Shown piece after piece: positions 23,744-33,509 of a stretch of DNA of 33,509 nucleotides (within the stretch, counting starts at the first letter, position 1; every line of letters begins with the position of its first letter). The notes beneath the pieces were generated by a model, which did not search any database, was not told the origin of the DNA, and saw nothing but the letters and a program-made list of their open reading frames with translations. The stretch lies in contig NC_068986.1 in assembly GCF_001194135.2 (NCBI RefSeq), positions 34,864,451 through 34,897,959 of the forward strand. The letters are read 5' to 3'. This DNA is from Octopus bimaculoides. Its lineage: Eukaryota. Both the position numbers and the translations under genes were made by a program.

Positions 23744-26274
23744 TACATATTGAATATTTAATTTATATTGTGTGTGTGTCATAAGATGCGATGAGTTTAG
23801 ATGAGTGTGTGTGTGTGTGTGTTTTGTTTTTGTTTGTTTGTTTATTTATTCCATTGATTCAATTTCCCCTTCTATCTGCTGTTGACCTTCGTCGAACATT
23901 TAGCTCTCATTTGTTCTTGGAGCCATTTTCTAATAAAAGACAAATATTAAACGGCAAACTATGCAATAGTATCGTAGCAACTGGAAATGAAGTGGCAACT
24001 TTGTGCCCCTGTAGCTAGCACCTGCGATATTCTATTCATTGAAAATAGGTTTTTCCAACTTGTAGAAGCANNNNNNNNNNNNNNNNNNNNNNNNNNNNNN
24101 NNNNNNNNNNNNNNNNNNNNNNNNNNNNNNNNNNNNNNNNNNNNNNNNNNNNNNNNNNNNNNNNNNNNNNNNNNNNNNNNNNNNNNNNNNNNNNNNNNNN
24201 NNNNNNNNNNNNNNNNNNNNNNNNNNNNNNNNNNNNNNNNNNNNNNNNNNNNNNNNNNNNNNNNNNNNNNNNNNNNNNNNNNNNNNNNNNNNNNNNNNNN
24301 NNNNNNNNNNNNNNNNNNNNNNNNNNNNNNNNNNNNNNNNNNNNNNNNNNNNNNNNNNNNNNNNNNNNNNNNNNNNNNNNNNNNNNNNNNNNNNNNNNNN
24401 NNNNNNNNNNNNNNNNNNNNNNNNNNNNNNNNNNNNNNNNNNNNNNNNNNNNNNNNNNNNNNNNNNNNNNNNNNNNNNNNNNNNNNNNNNNNNNNNNNNN
24501 NNNNNNNNNNNNNNNNNNNNNNNNNNNNNNNNNNNNNNNNNNNNNNNNNNNNNNNNNNNNNNNNNNNNNNNNNNNNNNNNNNNNNNNNNNNNNNNNNNNN
24601 NNNNNNNNNNNNNNNNNNNNNNNNNNNNNNNNNNNNNNNNNNNNNNNNNNNNNNNNNNNNNNNNNNNNNNNNNNNNNNNNNNNNNNNNNNNNNNNNNNNN
24701 NNNNNNNNNNNNNNNNNNNNNNNNNNNNNNNNNNNNNNNNNNNNNNNNNNNNNNNNNNNNNNNNNNNNNNNNNNNNNNNNNNNNNNNNNNNNNNNNNNNN
24801 NNNNNNNNNNNNNNNNNNNNNNNNNNNNNNNNNNNNNNNNNNNNNNNNNNNNNNNNNNNNNNNNNNNNNNNNNNNNNNNNNNNNNNNNNNNNNNNNNNNN
24901 NNNNNNNNNNNNNNNNNNNNNNNNNNNNNNNNNNNNNNNNNNNNNNNNNNNNNNNNNNNNNNNNNNNNNNNNNNNNNNNNNNNNNNNNNNNNNNNNNNNN
25001 NNNNNNNNNNNNNNNNNNNNNNNNNNNNNNNNNNNNNNNNNNNNNNNNNNNNNNNNNGAGTGACTATGAAAGGGTGGAGAGTGTAAAGGCCAAAACTAAT
25101 CCAAAATGAAATCATATTTTTTCTTTCCTTTTCCCTTGCCATCAATAACAAAATATTGATTTTAATTTTCTTTCATATTTTCCTTTAATTTTTTTCTATA
25201 TTTTATATATATATATATATATTTATTATTTTTTTATTTTTTGCTTAAAAGTCAATTTATAGATAAATTAGATTTCTCTTTTATTTTCCTTATTGACTTT
25301 TTTTTTTTTGTTAAACTTGTGGTTATTTATTTATTTTGATGTTTTCATTTTTAACCGTTTTCATCTTCAGTCCAGATTTTAGCACAAATTACTTCTTATA
25401 ACTGGCTGTCTCATTATTAACAAACTGTTTGCTCTATCAGTGACAAAACTATACTCATATAAACTTTTTCTCCTCCCCCCTCTCTCTCTTTCTTTCTCAC
25501 TCACTCACTCACACACACATACACTGCACATGCACAGAAAATATGTATTCGTAGGTGGGGCAAAAATAAGAATACATAATTTGTGTGCATATATATGTAT
25601 ACACACACACACACACAATTTTTTTCCCAAATTACCCACACATTTACATGCCTAGAATGATGGTGTGGTAGATGGGGGGTAAGAATGTTTTCTCATTATC
25701 TCTCATGGTCTTCTTATACTATTCATTCTATTTTTTTTTTATTCCTGTTTCTAACCCCACCCCCTTGTCCCTCTTAACTCAACTCTGCTCTCTCTCTCTC
25801 TCTCTATCTATCTCTCTCTATCTATCTCTATCTATCTATCTATCTTTATATCTGTCTGTCTTTCTAATTCTTACACATTTTATACTTCCACCCACCCTTG
25901 ANNNNNNNNNNNNNNNNNNNNNNNNNNNNNNNNNNNNNNNNNNNNNNNNNNNNNNNNNNNNNNNNNNNNNNNNNNNNNNNNNNNNNNNNNNNNNNNNNNN
26001 NNNNNNNNNNNNNNNNNNNNNNNNNNNNNNNNNNNNNNNNNNNNNNNNNNNNNNNNNNNNNNNNNNNNNNNNNNNNNNNNNNNNNNNTCCACACACACAC
26101 ACACACACACCTCCTCACTGCTGTATAATGTAATGGAGTGAACTTTCTCTTTCACTCCATTATTTCCATAACAGCACCATAAAGCTTTCCCTAATTACTC
26201 TTCCAAAGGAATTGTAGAGAGAATTTATATCTTCACACTGCACTTCATATTCTTCAGCCCCATGTGGCTGCATA

Positions 26275-26306
<32 letters not shown>

Positions 26307-26419
26307 AACATACACACTGCTGTTGTTTTTTTTTCTTCTTTTTTCTCCTCTCTATACAGTATCATAGGATGCACTAGCAAATCTTCCTCTCTCTCAAGCA
26401 ACTTCTACATTCATTTATT

Positions 26420-26746
26420 TAATAAATACAATATTGTGTATGCAAATGTGCACGCACACACACGCGTATGTATGTGTGTGTGTGTGTGGTCATGCTCATT
26501 TCTTTTTGTATGATTTTGTACATGCATACATACACTTTGTGTGTGGTAATGTGTGATATCGACACACGTGGTTGTGTGATTTTATACTTGTATATCTGTA
26601 TATGCATGTATATGTATATATGTGTGTATGCGTTTGCGTGCTTGTGTGATTTTGTGCTTGTATATGTGTGTATATATGTATAAAAATGTGTCTGTATGTC
26701 TATATATGTGTTTGCGTGCTTATGTGATTTTGTGCTTGTATATCTC

Positions 26747-26795
<49 letters not shown>

Positions 26796-27253
26796 GTATA
26801 TGTATATATGTGTGTGTGTCTTGTGTGCTTATAGACATGCATGTGCATGTGCTCTCATGCATAATACATGCATGTTTGTGTGGAACAGTCTTTGGTATTT
26901 GCACAAGTGCGTGACTGGATATATGTGTGTGTGTGTGTGTTTGTATGTCTGTGGATATATGTGTATCTGTGTCTATATGCATACATGGGTGTGTATGCAT
27001 GTGTTTGTGTGGATGAAGACATGCATGTGGATAAAGCATGTGCTCTCATACATATACATGTATGTTTGTCTGTAATAGTGTTCGTTATCTGCACAAATAT
27101 GTGTATACCTGCCTGTATGTATAAATATACACTTGAAAGCACATGGGTGCACACGTATATACATATATAGAGTATATTAGGCATACATGCATATATATAT
27201 ATATATATATATATTCATGTATTCAAAGTACTTTGATATTGACACTCGTGTTT

Positions 27254-27314
<61 letters not shown>

Positions 27315-27977
27315 GCACACATGCACTCATACATATGTGTATGCATCTGTCCAAGGGGAGGGTGTTTGTCTTTATAGAGGCATACATGTGTGTGCGCATG
27401 TACATTCATGTATGTGTATTTGTGTATAGGGAGTGTTTTACTCTTGGGGCATGTGTAGGAGAGTATTAATGTGTTGATACTGGCACACTGGTTCATATAT
27501 CTGCTTGTGGGGCAGGGAGCAGAGGGGGATGTGTTTATGCATGTGCGTGTGCACATGTATGTAGTTATGCTGTGTATGTATGTGTTTATGCATATGTGTA
27601 TGCTGAATGTATGGGTGTGTGCATGCATTCATGCACGCGCAATCTCGCTTACACAAGTACATTTATGAGCGTGCTTGCGTGTGTGTGCACACATGCACGT
27701 ATGCATGTGTGTGCGTACGTACATGCCTGTGTGTGTGTGTGCTTGCCTGCATGCAAGTTTACACACTCGTAAACATATTTGTGATTGTTGTTGTCGTAGA
27801 TGCAAATAAATTTATGTATGTGTGTATGCATATTGTACATACACATGCACACAGCATATACATACATATGCATACACTCATGCATATGTCTAAATGTGTC
27901 TGCGTGGGTATGCGGTTGATAGTGACATAGATATGTGTATACATGATATAGATATGCATTCCCATATATATATATAC

Positions 27978-28040
<63 letters not shown>

Positions 28041-28136
28041 NNNNNNNNNNNNNNNNNNNNNNNNNNNNNNNNNNNNNNNNNNNNNNNNNNNNNNNNNNNN
28101 NNNNNNTTTGTGTGTATATATATATATATATTTGTG

Positions 28137-28187
<51 letters not shown>

Positions 28188-28330
28188 GTATGTGTGTATA
28201 TGTATATATATATATTTGTATATTCGTGTATCTAAGTGTGGGTATGTTTTAATAGAGACACACACTAGCATGTGGTGCCTGTATGTGGTTGCTATGACAG
28301 ACACACACGGCTGTGTATATATGAGCTTGC
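26420..28330. repeat. About 1.9-kb degenerate (TG)/(TA)/(CA) alternating purine-pyrimidine field
   Basis: Directly visible; it is the source of the many V/C/Y/I/H/T pseudo-ORFs. Confidence 0.9.
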
Positions 28331-29154
28331 GAGCGTATGTGTGTGCCGATGACTTCCCATGCAAGTTCATAGCTTGTAGGTGGAAAGCGTCAGATGTTTT
28401 GTTGCTGAAAGTTCCTTTATTGGCTGCTGAGTAAGCTGTGGCCATTCAGCTTCAAAGTTGCTTTAGTAATCAACTTCAAAGAACATTTAATAAGAAAGCA
28501 TCAGAAGACATTCACACTCGTTGGTCAACATTAAAGACATCCAATTGCTACCAAGCTTCTAATCGACACACATCGAACTCACTGCTACTTTTTACGCAAT
28601 GCTATTGGCTGGTTCTTGTTTCACTTCTCTCTTTTTTTATTTTTATGTTTTATTTTACTTTTATTTATTTATTTTTGTATATTAGTCTTTATCTTTTCTT
28701 CTTTACTTCATCTCATTCTTATTATTTTTGCTCTGTTTTTGTTAATACCACTACCACAACTACTACTACACCACCATCATCTTTGTCATTATTATTGTTA
28801 TTATTAAAACAGTGAGGGTGGCAGCTACCTACCTATCATCCCTACGTGACTTTTTTTGTTGTTGTTTACTTTCTACATCTTCAACATCACATTAAAATTG
28901 TTGCAGTTTCTGCTATAAACATTTTTCTTTTTCTTTTTTCTTATTTCTTGTCTCTGTTTTTCTTTCTTTTTTTTTCTTTTTTTGTTTTTGTCAGAATTTC
29001 TATCAAAAGCATGGCATTTTATTTCAGTTTCATTTATGTATTTATTCCAGTTCTTATGGCAGTCCACTAACCATGCTGCCAACTTCTGAGGGAATGTCGT
29101 TGAGCATGTGAAATATTTATAGTTTTTTGGGGGAAAAGATCTGTCTCCCCCCAC

Positions 29155-29203
<49 letters not shown>

Positions 29204-29624
29204 TGATTTACTATTCCTCTGAAATATAGCTACCATGTCAATCATAGGGCTATTTTATTTCATACATTTCTCCCTAATTCTGGCGTTTAATTGTTATTGA
29301 TTTCTCGGCATTTTGGCATCACGCTGCAAGTGCACCTAACAGTGACTTCATCTCTGCAGCTCGAGAGCCATGAAAATATTTGGCTCACTAGCAAGAAGGC
29401 GCTCATCGCAATATCCCCCCCTTCCACCCACCCCTCTCTCTCATCTAGTCATGTAAACACTGCAAAGTGTTCTGTTTTTTTTTTCTGAGACAAGTTAAAT
29501 TACTCACTCTCACTCACTCTTCATGAAGCTGAGACATAAATAAAAAAAAAGAATTTCCCTCCATCCACCACTTTTCTCTAAATTGATTGTGGTGATGATG
29601 GAAGGATACCGTTATTTATCGTGG

Positions 29625-29825
29625 TTATTGTTGTTGCTGTTGACCCCTAAATCAACCTCGATTGAGCAGACCCAATGATCAAAGACAGGCCAGCTATGTC
29701 TAGTCAATCTTCTTCTTTTTTTTTTTTTACAGACATTATCTAATGTGTTCTTTTTATATTAAGACAGTAGGATATAGTTTGGGGGATATCTGGTTGCTAT
29801 TTCTAGTGGTTTGAATGGCCATGTT
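29625..29825 (-). mobile_element. Repeat family C copy
   Basis: Its reverse complement is colinear with 6074-6270 and ends in (AAC)n-like sequence. Confidence 0.6.
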
Positions 29826-30017
29826 TCAATTCGTTATATCATTGATTACAATGTGATGGAAGATGATGATGATGATGATGATTAGTTTGTGTTGCTACAT
29901 GCTGGGTCTGAAGGCAATGAGTAATGTCCATGGCCTTTGCAAGACCTCCAAGACCAGTAAGATTAATGTCCAGATTCTTCCTCTTGAACCTGTATAATTT
30001 GACACCTGCAGGGAAAG

Positions 30018-30465
30018 ACATCATCATCATCATCATCATCGTTTAACGCCTGCTTTCCATGCTAGCATGGGTTGGACGATTTGACTGGGGACTGGCGAAC
30101 AAGATGGCTACACCAGACTCCAATCTGATCTGGGTAAGTTTCTACAGCTGGATGCCCTTCCTAATGCCAACCACTCCAAGAGTGTAGTAGGTGCTTTTTA
30201 CATGCCACCGGCACGAGGGCCAGTCCGGCGGTACTGGCAACGGCCATGCTCAAATGGTGTTTTTTACGTGCCACCTGCACAGGAGTCAGTCCAATGTTTT
30301 GTTCACATGCCACTGACACTAGTGCCAGTAAGGCGAAGCTGGAAACGATCGTGCTCAAATGGTGTTTTTTACGTGCCACCGGCACGGAAGTGAGACCACT
30401 GCTCTGGCAGTGATCCCGCTCCGATGGTGCTGTTAGCACTCCACTGGCACGGATGCCAGTCAAGA
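30018..30465 (-). mobile_element. Family D retroposon with internal repeats of about 65 bp
   Basis: (CAT)n tail, CCATGCTAGCATGG palindrome, CAGCTGGATGCCCTTCCT block and five internal units. Confidence 0.75.
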
Positions 30466-31374
30466 AAGAAATGCAGAATTGAGCATAGTGATTAGTTCAG
30501 TGTCTGGTGGTGGTGGTGGTAGTGGGACAAGAGTGCCTAAGTGGAGGTAGGCTCCATGGAGTGAAGACCATTGAAGTGGTGATAGGAAAGCAGAGAGAGA
30601 GAGGAGACAGTATACCTGTGAGTGATTTCACAGCTATCAGCCAGATGATCCTTTTTCTGGATGTGGCCTTGGATGTCTCTGTGTGCAAGTAGCATCACAT
30701 TGTGCTAGATGTGAGAGCAATATTCCATTGTGGGCCTCTCTTGAGCTTTGTAGATAGCGTACCAGTAATTGTTTGGGGAATGAAGTAACTTCTGGCCTTG
30801 AAGAAAAGGGCCAGCTGTAGAGATGCAATCCTAGCTATGTTAGGAATGTGTTTTTTCCATGATCTGGCATTATTTGTTATGCTTGTTTGTCGAAATTTTT
30901 ATATCTTAGTCTCGTTATTCTGAATTGTCTTTCATTCTTGTAAAATGGAAAGTGTTTGTGGATGTTACTTGCATTGATATTGAAAGTTTTCTCTTTTGGT
31001 TATTAATCTTATTAGGCTTCAATGATACCAATATATTTGGTGTCTAATTTCAGGAGGTTATGTCACAGATATATGGTATATGAAATGTATGATAGCAGCA
31101 ATTTGGAGTCGAGTGTTAATGTTAGGTGTTGGTGTTTAACAATAGCTCAACCCAGATTAGCAGACCAATGATTGAAGGCACTCCACCTGTGACCACTTCA
31201 TCATTTTTACCAGGAATATATCTCAGACGACATCATCCAATGTATTCTCCCTTTTGTAAGAAAGTAGGGTGTAATTCGGTTACTATTTCTAGCAAGCTAC
31301 ACCACCTACCTGGAGACATTAACATTGTTAAAATATTCCTGGCAATTGGGAAAATATTGCTTTGATTGGTAACA

Positions 31375-31445
31375 GGTGAGGATTGGTGGCAGGAAGGGCA
31401 TCCAACTGCTGAAAATCTACCTCAGTGAATTCTGTTTGACCCAGC
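31375..31445 (+). mobile_element. Family D fragment
   Basis: AGGAAGGGCATCCAACTG is the reverse complement of 30145-30162 at 17/18 positions. Confidence 0.5.
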
Positions 31446-31552
31446 AGCAGCTGCTGTTATTGATATTGATATTGTTGCTGCTGTTGCTGTTCATTTTAAA
31501 TATTAAAAATGTTTATTTTTACATTTTTTTTTTTTTTTTTTTTCTACTTCAG

Positions 31553-31739
31553 GCATAGTTTGCAAGAACAGTCAAGTAGCCATGCGAGTGAGGCTCAAAC
31601 AGCTGGTGATAAAAAGAAACCTCATATAAAGAAACCTTTAAATGCATTTATGTTATTTATGAAAGAAATGCGGCCAAAAGTAGTAGCAGAATGTACATTA
31701 AAAGAATCTGCAGCAATAAATCAAATTTTGGGGCGAAAG
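31553..31739 (+). CDS. TCF/LEF (pan): TCF/LEF exon, HMG-box N-terminal half: (R)[62 protein letters not shown]
   Basis: Diagnostic [39 protein letters not shown]. Long poly-T acceptor; AAG|GTAAGT donor at 31740. The phase-0 intron falls at the family's usual GR(R/K)|WH position. Confidence 0.98.
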
Positions 31740-32452
31740 GTAAGTAGTTTTTTTCTGTTTCTTTCTTAATCAAATAGGTATCATTTCTGGATAGGACTTC
31801 ACCTAACTTTTCAAAACTGATCAATTGCTAATAGGTCCTCACTCGACTCAGCTCTGATAGGATTTGTCTCAAGTTAAAGAAGTTCTGATTGGTCTTAAGA
31901 TGAAAAAGTTTTCTATAGAATTTGTCTTATAGTTACAGATGTTTTAACAGGACTCCTCTTATATCTGAAAGATGAAAAATTTATGATAGGACTTGCTTTA
32001 AAGTAGTGTAAAGTTTTTAAGATAATTCCTTTTAAAGTTGAATCCTTATTTTTAATCCTTAATTAGTAGTTGTTAATTTTTTTTTTTTTTTTTCTGGCTT
32101 AAGTTCAATTCAACTAAAATGTTCATTATTTAAAGTGATGTATCATCCCAAATATTAAAATAGTTCTTTATGGTGTGTAGGGACAAATTGGGGCCCTGTG
32201 AGGGGAATCAACCATACTTTGATGAGAAGGCCAAGATTTGTTGAAACAATGCCAAAGCAATAATGAAGAAAGAAATTTGTTGTTTGTCTCAACAGAATGA
32301 TGCTCTCTGTGAATTTTAACCATCGCAGTCGGTTGGTTGAAAAATTTGACTTCATTTTAAATCAGTGTCTCGTCTAATCAATTAGGTTTCTGGTGTCTTG
32401 ATGATATTTTGAAAAAAAAAAAAAAACCCATATATTTTTTTTTTATCTTCAG
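31740..32452 (+). other. 713-bp phase-0 intron splitting the HMG box
   Basis: GTAAGT at 31740; T-tract followed by ttcAG at 32451-32452. Confidence 0.95.
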
Positions 32453-32615
32453 TGGCATGCTTTAACTAAAGCAGAGCAGGCAAAATATTATGACATGGCT
32501 TGCAAAGAGAAAGACTTGCATATGCAGCTCTATCCTGGCTGGAGTGCCCGCGATAATTATGGCCGATATGCCAAAAAGAAAATCAAACGAGGGAAGCAAC
32601 AGTCTGAAGATGCAG
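32453..32615 (+). CDS. TCF/LEF (pan): TCF/LEF exon, HMG-box C-terminal half and basic tail: [54 protein letters not shown](G)
   Basis: WHAL..EQAKYY and [14 protein letters not shown] are diagnostic. Donor CAG|GTATG at 32616, phase 1. Missed by the ORF track. Confidence 0.97.
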
Positions 32616-33476
32616 GTATGAATAATGGTAATGAATGGCACTGTTGTTAATGAACTTTTTTTTTTTCTCCTTTTCAGTAGAAATTGCTCTGTGTGTGACT
32701 TTTTTTTTTTTTTTTTCCTTCATTTTATACCTGGAGATGTGGCTTTTTATCTATTTAATCATTGGTTTATGTACAACAAATTCTCTAAATTTGCTCATGA
32801 ACAAAGATAATTATTTGGGAGTGGGTGGGGTGATCACACTGCAATTCTTCAGCAAACTCTATTGGAAACTATATGCATTTTTTGTTATTTTAGATATCTA
32901 TATTATTATTATTATTATTATTTATTATTATTATTATTATTTATTATTATTTATTATTATTATTATTCAGTTGGCACTGTTGAGCTGGATTATTTGCTGT
33001 GTCTAGTTCAATACATTTATCAGTTAATTGTGCCTTCTAATCTCTGTGATAATTTAAAAATAAGTACCAGCAATATACTCAGGTCAACTCATTAAGAATG
33101 TTGCCATTCTCTTAGTCTTGTGCCTGGTCAGAAGACAATATGATATCCCAAATTGTCTTCCAAGCTTTAAATCTCTCTCTCTCTCTGCTTTTGTGATTTT
33201 ATGTCACTTTGTTAGACAAGTCTTTTAACTCTACTTGTTTACAGCTTCATAATCAGTTCGGAATTTATCATCCTCCTAATTGCCGGTATTAATAAAATGC
33301 CAATGGATGATTTGCTCTTCAAGTCCTACTAGGATCAACTTGAAATTTCAAGCTTCTGGGGAACAAGTACCAGTGATGTACTGAGGTTTTTCTTTTTTTT
33401 TTAATCAATTGTTCCCTCATCCCCAGATCCATAGATTTGTGTCAATGCTATAAGAAATCATCATCATCATCATCAC

Positions 33477-33509
<33 letters not shown>

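Larger units (their letters stand above)
446..28106. other. Assembly gaps (N): 446-861, 3158-3478, 4569-5194, 9901-10428, 13937-13946, 14870-15651, 19323-19499, 21400-21644, 22591-22764, 24071-25057, 25902-26087, 28041-28106
   Basis: N runs, many abutting microsatellites. Confidence 0.99.
2317..31552 (+). other. 29,236-bp GT-AG intron of the TCF/LEF gene
   Basis: Bounded by GT (2317) and a poly-T tract ending in ttcAG (31551-31552). The phases match on both sides. No other convincing coding exon in the readable sequence, but about 4.1 kb is N. Confidence 0.85.

Noticed and set aside
248-26155. Long ORFs containing X runs (e.g. 14767-15843, 23987-25063, 4556-5425)
   Set aside because: They are open only because N-gaps contain no stops; the flanks translate microsatellites.
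26262-28445. Dense overlapping ORFs rich in H/T/Y/I/V/C/M
   Set aside because: Translations of (CA)/(TA)/(TG) repeats on both strands; no splice or domain support.
32635-33006. 123-aa hydrophobic ORF after the last exon
   Set aside because: Mostly poly-T and (ATT)n translation. Only its first codons after the 32677 acceptor are treated as a possible isoform.

Overview
Eukaryotic, AT-rich, microsatellite- and SINE-dense genomic DNA from a draft assembly (12 N-gaps, about 4.5 kb in total). The repeat landscape looks like a coleoid cephalopod, probably Octopus; this is recognition from memory, not a database result. The window holds three + strand coding exons of a TCF/LEF (pangolin) Wnt-effector gene that splice in frame: the Pro-rich GIPHPAIV exon (2110-2316), a 29.2-kb intron, the N-terminal HMG-box exon (31553-31739) and the C-terminal HMG-box/basic-tail exon (32453-32615). 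The beta-catenin-binding N-terminus and any C-clamp exon are not visible here. The large intron carries at least four SINE-like families, a piggyBac-type MITE, a decayed mariner transposon and long microsatellites. Nearly all ORFs in the supplied track are N-gap or microsatellite artefacts. I see no clearly new biological system. The best leads are: a selectively divergent C-terminal HMG exon and basic tail, possible short C-clamp-less 3' isoforms, a near-identical fold-back hairpin just upstream of an exon (candidate ADAR substrate), and SINE families carrying TCF-binding or near-binding motifs inside the TCF gene itself.
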